Of a stretch of DNA of 64,000 nucleotides, positions 52,334-64,000 are shown in pieces. Each line of letters opens with the position of its first letter. The stretch's first letter is position 1. Both the position numbers and the translations under genes were made by a program. The notes beneath the pieces are model-generated. The model was not told the DNA's origin. It did not search any database and was given only the letters and a program-made list of their open reading frames with translations. Origin of the DNA: Podarcis filfolensis (Eukaryota); NCBI GenBank assembly GCA_964270895.1, contig OZ185449.1, one strand, 5' to 3'.

Positions 52334-53073
52334 AACCAACCCCTTTCAGTAGGGTTCCCTACTATTCAGGAACAGACATAGTCATATCAGTAAGTGCAGA
52401 GATTAAAAGCTTAAGAAAAAGGAATGTTGTTACAAACTTTTAAAAAGCAGCCAGGAGATGGAATTCTGAAGACCAGGTGCCATAGCTGAGAAGGCTCAAG
52501 AGTTAGCATCTCAAAACAAGCAGTGATTACCATCCACAAAACAAGGTTTTGTGAAGCTGCCTAAGGTTTCCTAGTATGAATACCATGGGGTTGGACTTCT
52601 CAGCAGCTGTAGTGTCATTCCATCCATTGAGAGTTTGGGTTTTCTAAACGTTTCATTTGACAACAGCTGCCTCTGTGTGCATACTGCCCACTTGCAAATG
52701 CTGCTCATTCACATATACAGTTGTCAGTGTATTATGTTCCATAAGGAGCAATTGAGCTTGAAAGCACAAGGGAGTTATATAGAAGTGTTTTAACTTGAGC
52801 TAGCAGGAAACTATAATAATTATGAAGCTATGTAGTAAAAAAAAATCAGTTCCATTTCAGAGAATGGCACAATCTCAACAAACTGCATGGAGAAGACAAC
52901 ATGAAGATGTTATATTACCCAAGACCTTATAACAATGTTTTACAACATGGTTTTGCAGTACAAATGTCAAAGTCTGTAACTATTTAATAAATAATACCAC
53001 ACTCCCAAATTAAAAGTAGTGTTTTAAGCTGTGAGGTTCTCAATAAAATAGGCAAAAACAACATATTGTAGGG

Positions 53074-53427
53074 CAGCGATGAGAAAACCTTTCCAGCCTA
53101 TGGGCTGCATTTCACTCTGGGCAACCTTCCAGGGGCCACATGCCAGTCACAAGTGGTTCAGAAGTAAATGATGTTGGAGCAACTAGTGTACATTTTACCT
53201 TTGTACAGTAGTCTAGTGTCTACATACCATCACAGATCTCTCTCTATCCCTCAGCCAGGGAAGGAAGAGGCATTATCAGTATTCAAAGATACATTCCAGG
53301 CAGGCAGAAACATGCATGGAAGATACGAAACAGTGACAGTAAGTGACCTGAGGGGGAGTCCTGGGGACCAGATAGAGATGCTTGGAGGGCCACATTCAGC
53401 TCTGGACTTGAGGTTTCCCACCCCTGA
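53074..53427. mobile_element. Old hAT non-autonomous element
   Basis: Termini CAGCGATGAGAAAACCT / AGGTTTCCCACCCCTG. Confidence 0.6.
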
Positions 53428-54029
53428 TGTAATGGAATTGTTAGAACTTTGCGGCAAAGCTTGAAATGTGGAAATAACAAGCTTCAGTTTTAGATTATAT
53501 TACATGGTTTCCTGCATGCCACTTTCCACTCATAGAGGTTTTTCTTTGGACAAACACAAAGAGGAGGTGTGGGGAAAGGAGAGGAAACTACATGGAACAT
53601 TTTCCTGGACAATTTGGGGAGGATTGGGCTTGGTGCTGCTTTTATAAGGCAGAAGCCACCAAGAGTCCTTGCCCCACTAGTTTCCTGTGTTTCTGCAAAG
53701 GCACTTTTCAGAATAATATTAGCTGCCTATGGTAATGGAAAACCAATAAATGAGTCAGGCTGGCCTAGGGCATCTCGTAGGTAACTTGAACATCCTTTCT
53801 TTCTAATACTTTTGCTCATTAAGGTTTTATTAGAATTCATCTTTTAATTTATTTTTGAAGATACCCTATTATGTTGAAACCGATTTTCCCGTACTTCTGT
53901 GCCTGTGAACCATTGTAAATGTAGCAAGTCCATGTGAAAGCAAAAAAATAAAAATAAAAAATCATTGGGTTCCCACTCCAAACCATGAATGCAACTCCCC
54001 CATCTTCACAGTCCTCTAGCATCCTCCCC

Positions 54030-54150
54030 CAGCTGTGAGCCCTCCAGACATCTTGAACTACGCACACTTCAGCCTTAGCCACCGCAGCCAATGGTCATTG
54101 ATGACAGGAGCTGTAGTCCAGAACACCAGCATGAGGGAGGTTCCCTTATG
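54030..54150. mobile_element. Palindromic hAT-type MITE (family of 1592-1722), degenerate
   Basis: CCCTCCAGACATCTTGAACTAC...CCAATGGTCA...GGAGCTGTAGTCCAGAACA. Confidence 0.55.
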
Positions 54151-55564
54151 TACCAAGCAGTATGGTTGACATTCAGAAAGGTAGGCATAGCCAGGGATTT
54201 GCATAGATAGAAGTGGAATTCTTTTCACTTTTCTTTGAATTGCATGCGCACACACACACACACAGATACACACACTAATATCAGGAACTAATTTTGAAAT
54301 ATCTTTTAGATTGAATGTGATTTGGCAGAGGATCCTGCCAAGTTCAGAGTTCCCCTGAACAAACAAAATTAGTGGCATGGCTTTTGAATTCTATTTTGTA
54401 TCACCAAGAACCAGTGAACACTAGTACAGTTTCACCAGAAACTCATGAATTAAGGTTTTATTCCTCTTCTAACAGAACTCCTTAGATGTTGTATGCATCA
54501 CAAACTTGGGGGGGCGGTGAAGTTAAAAATGATGGCTCTGGCAAACACAAAGCATTTATTGTTTGTTCTCCTTTATAGAATATGTGCTACTCTAGAAACA
54601 TCACTCAATAGTTTCTTGTTTCATCTTAAATATACCATTTGTTTTGAACCATACAGAAAACATAGGTGTAACATAACTATATTCTTCTCTTGATCATCAT
54701 CCTGTTCACTTATTTCGTGCATGCAGACATCTCAACAATCCCCAAATATCTAAAGTGTCAAGATGAGTGGGGGGTCATAACCCACTAGCAGAGCAACTAT
54801 AAGGTCCCTATCATTTCCACTTAAAAGGATCTTTGTCTCAGAGCATGGAGAGCCACTGCCATTCAGAGTAGACGGCACCAGGCTAGTGAGTCCCAGTGGT
54901 CTGACTTGCTACAAGGTAGCTTCATATGAATTCCTTAGCATTCACACAAAGGCAAAACTAATTTATGCTGCACTCTCCTCCCCCCCCCCCCGAGAGAGAG
55001 AGAGAGCAGCAACTTCAGTGACAATCTCTTAAGACCATGCTTTTTAATAGCTGGACCTTTATTCCCTCAGTGACAGGGGTCACTAGCAAGATTCACTAAG
55101 GCTCACTTTTTTCCTGACTAGGGTTATGGGGTTGGATCGTTCTCAGCAGCTATAATTTTACCAAATAGCTGAATATAATGTTTCTTGGTATTTGTTGCTA
55201 TCAGCAACAGAAATACTGGAAACACTCCATTCACAAAAATGTTCAAAATCAGTTTAGTTAAAAATAGTAAAACATACAATTTAAAATGCAGTCAATAATT
55301 ATACATAATTCATGCAATATCAAAGACTATGGGGAAAATATTATGGGCAGGATTCATCTAACACGCCTCACCAATGGAAGACTTGCACAAGGACTGCTTG
55401 TGCAGTGGGGCTTTCCCACTCTGTTTCCTCTGCAACCTCCCTTTGCCCCCAAATTGGCTCAGGGCAGGTTAGGAGAATAGCCTGCAGGGGGAGGAGAGGG
55501 GAGCTGCAAAGCATGCATAGATGGAACGTTCAGAAGTGCACAAAAGTTGAAGACCACCCAATAA

Positions 55565-55680
55565 GTTGTATCTAATGCTAGCCCTGGTCAGAGTAGACCC
55601 ATTGAAATTAATGGGCATGGCTAACCTTAGACCCTTTAAACTCAATGGGTCTATTCAGAGTAGGACTTAGTTGGATCTAA
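55565..55680. mobile_element. Palindromic non-autonomous DNA element
   Basis: CAGAGTAGACCCATTGA...TCAATGGGTCTATTCAGAG inverted arms. Confidence 0.65.
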
Positions 55681-57054
55681 TTTAATGACTATTTTGACCT
55701 GAATTACCCAAACAAGATGCAATCCTAATTTGTATTCCTATATTCAACTTCCTGGAAGACTCCCTAAGTACAAGGCAACCATGCTTTCTTTCCGCCTGCC
55801 CTTACTATGTTTCATTTATCCTTTGCAAGTTCTCACAGGTAGGCATAATTCTCTGTCATCTGTTTAAAGTGATGGTGACTCTTGGATATATCTTGCAAAA
55901 ATAATAACATGCTTGCCGTTCATTTTTGAGCAAGAACCCACAAATGACTAACGCTTTCCCCATTAAACTGTGGCTTCTCCTGTTGAGTCACAAACTTAAT
56001 AAATGTCTCTTATAGCCCAGAACAGAAAACATGCAACCTCAGCATGATTACTTGCTATATTTTACACCAAGCAAGATCTGCAAACAATAAGATTGCTCTG
56101 AAATGATGCCAAGAATCAAATTGTGATGACAGGACTGAAAAACATTTGGTTGTGAAAAGGGAAGCAGAATTCAATGTGGATTTGCTTTTGGGGGGTGGTG
56201 ATAGGACATTGTTTAGGTGAAGTATGCAATTCCCATCATCACTATTAATTCACTTTTAAAATGAAGGTTTGAAATTGAATTAAGTTGAGAAATGACATTA
56301 CAAGAGGAATGCTAGAGTAGATAAGCTTGTTTTCCCTTACAGTTCTTTTTTCTCTCAGTTCCCTCTGGGCCAGTCCAGACATAATTCAGACCACCTCTTG
56401 ACCACGGTGAAGTTATTGGCACCTGGCTGTGAGCTGTTCTATCCCTCTTCTTTCCCCTCTATCAATTCCCCTCAACTTTCTTTGTCAACATTAGCCAAGA
56501 TGCGTGGTTACATATATCCTGGCATAGGCCAAAGTTTATGTTAGCAGGGTTTGTCGCGAGCATGGTTAATATTAGCAATGCACAGCTCCAAACTACTGAA
56601 AAGCTTAGCCTGGTTAGCATTCATCAACATTAGTCTTGGTACAGATGTGCAAGCTTGATGCCAGTCCTAATTCCATGGTTAAATTCCTTGCATTTTGTAT
56701 GCACTTTGTACTACAAACTTAGCATCTACGATATTTCTCTTTTCTTGTTAAATACCAGTCCTTGGAACAGGAAGAAAATATACTGGTGCAGTGTGGTAGA
56801 AAATTTGGCCAATAGTAGTGTGCAATCCTTAACATGCTGAGATATCAGTGACTGAATAAGGGAAGAAGGTTCTCTGTGCCGAGTAGGATGAAAACTCTGC
56901 GGGCCTTTTCTTTATAATTATTCAGCTCTCATTTGTTTTTTAGTAAGATTATTCAAGTGGATAGCCAGGGGTTCCTTGATTTTTTGTTTATTGCAACCAA
57001 GTTTCCCTGTATCTTTATAAAGCACCTGATTTAACCTTCCTTCTTTAATTTCAG

Positions 57055-57192
57055 GGATTTATTTGTTGGATTTAATCTACATTGATTCAGCATATCCTGC
57101 TTCAGGCAGCATCATGGAGAACGAACAAAGATCCAATCAAATGAACAATATCCTCCGAATAATTGCTGATTTGCAAGTCTCCTGTAGCTATG
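57055..57192 (+). CDS. RALGPS1: RALGPS1 internal exon (RasGEF/CDC25 domain)
   Basis: (G)[45 protein letters not shown](D); acceptor ttctttaatttcag|, donor G|gttggt; 138 nt, phase 1 to 1. Confidence 0.96.
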
Positions 57193-58349
57193 GTTGGTAA
57201 TTTTCCTCTTCACCAATATTTCTTTAATATAGTAAATTAGCACCAGATGTCTGCCTCATACAAAGAGGGGCCTTAAGGGATAATGTAGATCAGGAAGCTT
57301 TGTGCTACTGAACCACTTAGCTTCTGCCAATTTAGGAAATTAGATAAAGTGATTGTTGTTCTGGCCCAGCTTAAGTCTGCAGACATGAATATATACACCC
57401 CATCTTTACCTTTTTATTACAGTCAAACTTTACATAAATTGCATTACATTTTCGTTATGGCCAAATTCCACTTGAGAGGTTCAGTGCTTCCTATGAGCTT
57501 GTGGCCTACTCTGATTTCTAGAAAATCTTTGCTTTTTTCTGCCAGAATTTGTGGCATGGCTTTTGAATTCTCATAATAAATAATGTCATGTAGACTTGTT
57601 CTATAGCTGCAGTTTCCCTTGCAACCTGTCCTCAGTCTTTTCTAGCTGTGCCTCTTTGTGTTATAAACTCCCTCCATTTCCCTTATGAATATTATTTATA
57701 TTCTATTATTTACAGTATTTATATACCATTTATTTCATCCATTCATGAGAGATCTGGAGGGGAGACTGAAAAAAATGTGATTTTCTACCAATTGTCATTT
57801 TCTACTACATATTTCCATAAAAGCTATTGTGTTCATACCTAATGAGAGAATATTTGATCTCAGTACAGTACTTACATTCTCTGCCCAATGAAATCAGATT
57901 TTTCTGAGGCTCCAGAGGGCATTAGACTTCTTTGAGGTGGCACCTCTAATGGAACTTGTAGGTAGGGCCAGTCTAGAATGCATCTCCAGTGGGAGGAGCC
58001 ACTCAGATCTCCCAATGTAAGGAGCTGAACTGTTGAATCTTGTTACAGCAACTAGGAGCCCTGCCATAAGTAGTTTAGGCTTTGTCATGATCCACTTGAT
58101 CCTGACTGGCTCAGGGCAGGAGTAGTGGTTGCTGTCAGATGAGGAAGAAGAAGAGGAGAGTGTGAAGGATGCATGAGCAGGGAACAGCCAAGAGGGAGGG
58201 TGGAGTCTCTTCCCCTTTGTGTTTAAAAGCCAGGAAATGCAAGGCAGTTCCCAACAATGGGTCAACCAGCCAGGAGGGGAGACTAAACAACTACAGACTT
58301 GTCCAATTTCCAAGAGACTGCAGTCTATTCCCACAATTAAAAAAACTGG

Positions 58350-58492
58350 CAGTGATCTACCCACTGAATTGACCAAAGTTGTTCAGATTTTTTTTTGAAG
58401 GGGGATGTGAGTGGTCCCACAATCTACTGTGATCTACCACAGGCACCCCGTGATCTACCAGTAGATCACGATCTACCTGTTGGCCATCCCTG
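58350..58492. mobile_element. hAT MITE fragment nested in LTR C
   Basis: Repeated GATCTACC and terminal TTGGCCATCCCTG. Confidence 0.6.
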
Positions 58493-58497
58493 ACCTA

Positions 58498-58556
58498 GAT
58501 GAACTGCCCTGAGACCTTCGGGTATAGAGCGGTATATAAATTCAATAAATAATAAT
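58498..58556 (+). mobile_element. L2 3' tail nested in LTR C
   Basis: TGAACTGCCCTGAGACCTTCGGGTATAGAGCGGTATATAAATTCAATAAATAATAAT. Confidence 0.7.
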
Positions 58557-59262
58557 AGAGGGGCTGACCTCTGTCCTGTTGCCAAGAACTTGGTGCCACC
58601 TCTGCGATTGGTAACAGACCCATGCCCCTTGGAGGAATGCGCGCCTCCAAGAACACCATTCTCATAGGGAGAAAGTCTCATGAGCAAGCATGCCATATCT
58701 CGCCTTTAAAAGCTGGCAGGAGGGATATGACAGTTTGTCGAGATATCTTCACAGCTTCCATCAAGTTTTGGGTCCATGATGCTGTTCTCAAACTCTTGAT
58801 CCATCCCTTTTGTGACAGAGATGGAGGAAGTTTCAGTCTCTCCCACATTGCAGATGATTGCCATGCTACTTTTTGATTCTGACAGGCTTCCCTCTCCACA
58901 GGACAGGCAGGGAACATAAGGAGTCCAGTGTGGAGAATCAGACTGCAGTGAACTTGGCAGGGAAGGGTTTGGCACCAAGTATAGAGTATATCTCTAGTCA
59001 GAAGAGGGTTGTGTTTTGTGCCACCTTGCACTCATCTTTCATTCTAAAGATGTCTAATGCTCTCTGGCAATTTTGGAGATGAGAAATTTATGGTGAGGAA
59101 ATTTCCGTTTCACTAGCCTATCTATCTGTCCTTGGTGGGAAAGCTTGGTGTTATATTTCAGCATAGACAGTTCAAGGAAATAAAAGTTTGAAGCATGTGG
59201 TTGAAACTGCTTTTGTTCTTGACAGTTATGGGATTTATATGTGCTTTTTTTAAAAAATGCAG

Positions 59263-59356
59263 ATCACCTTATAACGTTACCCCATGTGCAAAAATACTTA
59301 AAGTCTGTCCGGTACATTGAAGAGCTTCAAAAGTTTGTGGAAGACGACAACTACAA
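59263..59356 (+). CDS. RALGPS1: RALGPS1 internal exon (end of RasGEF domain)
   Basis: (D)[30 protein letters not shown](K); acceptor aaatgcag|, donor AA|gtacgt; 94 nt; in frame with the previous exon. Confidence 0.96.
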
Positions 59357-62300
59357 GTACGTAGCATCCTTTCCTTTGGCCCAGTTGAGTTCATGGAAAA
59401 GATGGCCTAGCCTCAGACTTGAATAAAAGGGTTTTTTAAAAGGTGCTCCTGGCAGGGATATACTTAGATTTTTGTTGTTGTTGTTTTAAAAAATGATATT
59501 TAAACAGTAATGATATTGTCAGGGGTTTGAGTGAAACCCCAGATGGAACTTGTCTATGAGATCTAACCTCATTTCCAAAATGAGACTGTTTTGTGAAAAC
59601 TTAAAATAAAAACCAGATAGGCCTACTTGTTGTTTTATTGCATTACAGCCCCATGCACTTAAATTGAAGAATTCATGAATGAGGCCCACAGACTAAATTC
59701 AGAAGACCACTTCTGAATTCTGTGCAATTATATCTTATTAGAAATTTAAGTAGAGTAGATGGTTCATCATATGGTGGATGTGCTCCTTCAGGAAAAGGCA
59801 GGATAAAATTGTAATCATCATCTTCTAAAATTCATAGTGCAAAGCAGAATAAAAATATAAGAATTGCCTTGTGACTGTTGCCTGATAGTTGGAGATGTGT
59901 GACAACAAACTTCACAAAGGTAGCAGTACCTCCATAATCCAGAAGGAAGGCATGACACCGTCTGCAGTCACATGTTGGGATAAGCCAAGTTTTCTGACAT
60001 ATCATGGTTTATGTTGAACAAGTAGCATAGTAGGGCATGCTGCCTAATCAGGTGTGCTTTGCTCCTCTCCTAGAGAAAATAAGAGAAACAAATCAGGAAA
60101 CAACAAATAAATGTAACTTCCTATGATGTCTAAATACACGATCCCAGGATTACTAGCCAGCCTAAACTATGGTTTACTGTTTATGAACCTGACTTGTTAG
60201 GAAGCAACAAACTAGGATCCCAGAGTCAGGTATTGCAGGAAGCCAAGCTTAATTGCAGTTCCCTTGTTTGTGGAAGTGATTAGGCCATGTGCCCCAGCAA
60301 ATATTAGACATAATCTCACAAATTTTAGGGCACACCTTAGGGTTTCATCCTTTATTATAGCTTCTTCATGTAGTTCAGGATAACATCACCAATAGCCCCA
60401 AAGTCTGAAAATTAATTTCTTAATTTCTACTAAAAAAAAATGTTTGGGTTGAACACTAGAAACATATTCAGATCCCATGATATTGTGTGAATGGAAAAAT
60501 TAATGGATTCAATCAAGAAAGAGCAGTATACTGCAGTTAAGCTGGCATAGCAGACAAATCTCTTGGTTGACACCTCTGCTAAATTTTGTTATTGTAATTT
60601 TTCAGTGTTGGTGTTGGGAGGGTGGCTCTGTAAATTCTCCTTATCACAAGTGCTGCTTCTGCTTATAGTAGGTTTTTACTTTCTGATGTGACTCATAAAC
60701 TATTCTGACATACATAGCAATGAGCCAGATGAGCGCCCATTTCATCCCACAATCTCACCTCCTACCATATGCATCAGGCAGGCTGTTTGTTTGTTTTTAA
60801 GCAGTACACAAGCTTATTTTAAAAGCAGTGCACATTTAATTTTTAAAACTGAAAAATTATCTATGGATCACAGGAGAGTGGTATGTCAGTGACATCACAG
60901 GTACTAACCAATATGTACATTCTAAAGCCAGCATTTACCCATCCAATCGTGAGCCACTCTGAAAACTTGTAGAACTGGTGTTTCCAGAGCTCAGTCTTAG
61001 AGATAAAAATGCATTTGCCACTCCTGTGTCTTCCACCTCTCTTCTTCTGGAATCCACACCAGGACTGCACAAAATACCATGGAGTAGATTTCTGCTGGGA
61101 GAAACATGCTGCAGAATCTCTCCCCATTTCATCATGTTGGACAGCAGCTAGAAAAATCAAATCAGTGCTGGCCTTTTTGCTGCTGAAAACCTTGTTTATC
61201 TTATCAACAGGTTTAGTTTTTGGATCAGATTGAACACAGGCATTGGAGTAATGATGTTTTTGTATCAGAATTCTGTTTAATGTATCATGCTGTCTTCCAG
61301 ATGAAAAAGCTTTGTCTGCAAAATGTTTTCAATACAGCTTATCACTTCTATTTTTAAAAAAAGATGGGGTGAAATTTTGTACAGCTTACTTGTGGCAGGA
61401 TGTACGTGTATGAATGTGTGTATAAGCTCTTCTTGCCTCTAGATTCCTAGGGAAAGGAGTTTGTGGTTTTACACTCTAAAAATATAGTCTGCAAACATTT
61501 ACATGTTGAAATCAGTTTGAGTTTGACAGGTATTCATGACTAAATGGCACACAGTGTTAAGAATGAGAAGACTCTGGAATCCCCAGTGGGCTAATAAACT
61601 CCCTACAATACATTATTAACAGCCATTAGCAAATATAGAATTAATCTGCAAGCAAGAATAATGCGCTAGAACACTGGAAATTGTACACACACTGAGCTCA
61701 CACACACACACACACTTATGTATTTACTATCATGGTATTAAAGAGATACATTTTGTTCTCCTCCTTACCTCCTCTTTAATATTTTCTTAGTTTAACTATT
61801 CTGTCTTATGCATTGTATCCAACACGTAGGCTGTAGGCTGCATTACCATTTACTCTGGCTTTAATGCACCCCCTCCGCTGGTATTTGAATCTGTGTAAAC
61901 ATGACATTAACCAGAATCTATATCTAGCTTGTCGTTTCTTGAGAAATACTGCTGTTTGATGTGTTTTCCCTCAAACCAGTTTCCATCTGATTTGTTAACA
62001 TAAGCCACACTTACTTCACAATTAAGCTGAGTTGTGTACATATGAGACTGCCATTGCACATGTTTAGATGATAGTGCATGGACAGATGATGGCTTCACAA
62101 ATAGGAGTTGGGAAGGTTGCAGGAATGGGGAAACAAAGCAAGTAATGCACAACAGATAAAGATATTCCTGCTCCATCTCTGGTTTGTGCAACAATGTGCC
62201 AATGCAACTTAAAATGCATTGGGGAAAACAGCCTCACTCCATTTTAAGCTGCTAATGTGTACCTAGGCACAGTTTCCCAAAGATTTGTTTTGTTTGCATT

Positions 62301-62629
62301 TCTTGGTTTTATAAATACTTTAAATGCATAAATGATAAATAAAAGGTTTATATCTTAACATTATAAGTAAAACAAGCTTTAAAAAAAACAGCCTCAAAAA
62401 GTATGAGTACTTGAACACACGCTTCTGGTAATACCTTCCATTCAATCTCCATTGAAATAAATGGGAGCTCTGTTTGCAAGAATATGTGCTCTTTCCAGCT
62501 CCCAGACATATTAGTGGGGTCTACATGCGAGAGATTTTTTGTTACCTTTCTGTTTTCCTGTGGTGTTTGTTTGAAGGCATAGGGAGCATTCTCCGTAACA
62601 CTAGTGAAAAGTGAGTAATTGCAATTGGG

Positions 62630-62656
<27 letters not shown>
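62630..62656. repeat. (GT)n microsatellite
   Basis: Direct tandem repeat. Confidence 0.95.
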
Positions 62657-62661
<5 letters not shown>

Positions 62662-64000
62662 CTGTGTTGTGGTTCATAGATGGGATGCCAGAAATTTAAC
62701 CACATTGCCTAATTTAGTTCTTGGACAGCGATTCACATTCATGCGATGATGTTAAGATTATATATACAGTAGGTTTCCATTAGCTTGAATATTATGTGTG
62801 GGACAGAACAAAACAAAGGGTTCCTCTAAATATTTAGGGGCATGACATAATACTTGGAAGTGGGACAAAACATGAGTAATTTAAAAATGTTTTTTTCTTA
62901 AAACAGCTTCTAATCTCCACAGAGGCCTTTCTAGCAACAGTGAGCAGTATTTACATACATTTTGGTACAGGCCAACCTTTGCTCTTCCATTTGATCTGAA
63001 TGTCCATTTTCTAAGTAGCTGTGCTGTTTTTAGCTACAAATGTATTACAGTACACCTTAGAAAGACTGAGTAGCAGGAATCAAAATAAAGAGGAAAGGGG
63101 GGGGCGGAATCAGAGTTTGACAAAGTTCTCAGAATGAGGCTGAACCCTCTAGACATTTCTTTGGAGGAATACAGACCCTACATGACCATGTTTGTTGGCT
63201 CAGCAATGCAGGTTTTTCTCTGCAGGTGGTCTTGGAATGGCATCCAGACTGTGTCCTGCGCTGGGTTTCTTTTCTGTCTCTGTACTGATTCTGAAGGTAT
63301 GAATTTCTTTAAATATTCATCAGAATCTCTTCCTCTTGGATAACTCAATCCACATACTATTTGAATTTCTCCTCATTTCTGGTGCTGTGCCAAAAGGATG
63401 CATAAGCCCTGTAGAGATAGCAAGCACACTCAGACCTTATAAGGGGAAAAAGGCCTCTCGACATTCTGTCTTCATGCCTTTTTTATTGAAACAGGAGCAT
63501 TCGTTAGACTCAGGAGGGGCTACTTCTTATCCTTGGCAGAATGTAAGATTCATCCTTGTATAATATTACTCCGTTACAGGAAATATACTGGAAACTTCCT
63601 CCAAGCCTGTCTCTTCTGGCTGAAATCTCTGCAGAGAAAAAGAAAGAAATGCTTTCTTTGTTCCATTTAGTGGGCCTTTCTATTCCACGCATCTCTTTTG
63701 TAGAAGAAAATTGTATTGACCAGCCAAGTTGCATAGATATATTAATACTTTTTTAAAAAAATCTGCAGTCTAGCATTTCCACCTATATGTGGAGGGTTCT
63801 GGAGCATAGACAAAGCCAAGGTGCTCATGGGCTCCTTTCTTCCAACTGCCTGGGGGTCTACTTCCACAGCTACTTTGTAGTTATATAATGTGGGATGAAG
63901 GCAACCCTTTGCAGGGCTGAACATTTGTGCAAATGGGGCTTTGGTTTCCCCTTGCGTTACACATTGCACAGACCTATTTTAGGCATATTTCTGAGATGAT

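Larger units (their letters stand above)
58083..58884 (+). mobile_element. Solo LTR (copy C) carrying nested hAT and L2 pieces
   Basis: TGTCA...TGACA termini; perfect 5-bp TSD GGCTT (58078-82, 58885-89); TTTAAAAGCT at 58705. Confidence 0.8.

Noticed and set aside
59357-64000. Next canonical RALGPS1 exon (LSLRIEPG...)
   Set aside because: Not found; presumably downstream of the window.
1-64000. CRISPR arrays, rRNA, or prokaryotic/viral operons
   Set aside because: No repeat-spacer arrays or gene-dense segments; the sequence is vertebrate intronic DNA.

Overview
Squamate reptile genomic DNA, probably a lacertid lizard (inferred from Sauria SINEs and the MITE spectrum). The window holds a complete ANGPTL2 gene on the minus strand: four coding exons (487 aa) plus a predicted non-coding exon 1 at about 29.8-30.4 kb. 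ANGPTL2 is nested antisense inside a long intron of RALGPS1, two coding exons of which lie on the plus strand at 57.1 and 59.3 kb. The rest is intronic and dense in transposon remnants: Sauria SINEs, CR1/L2/L1 fragments, Tc1/mariner and hAT MITEs, a deleted mariner and several solo LTRs. There is a 154-N assembly gap just upstream of the ANGPTL2 promoter. The most unusual signal is three TSD-flanked solo LTRs of one family, each with an ATG at nucleotide 5, a decayed acidic/Trp ORF and an LSPRT-like motif that differs at synonymous sites between copies. Other leads are an AUG-UAA start-stop in a conserved-looking block of the ANGPTL2 leader, candidate unannotated RALGPS1 cassette exons, and a hairpin MITE in the ANGPTL2 3' UTR. 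No database searches were run; cross-species similarities are recalled from memory and need checking.
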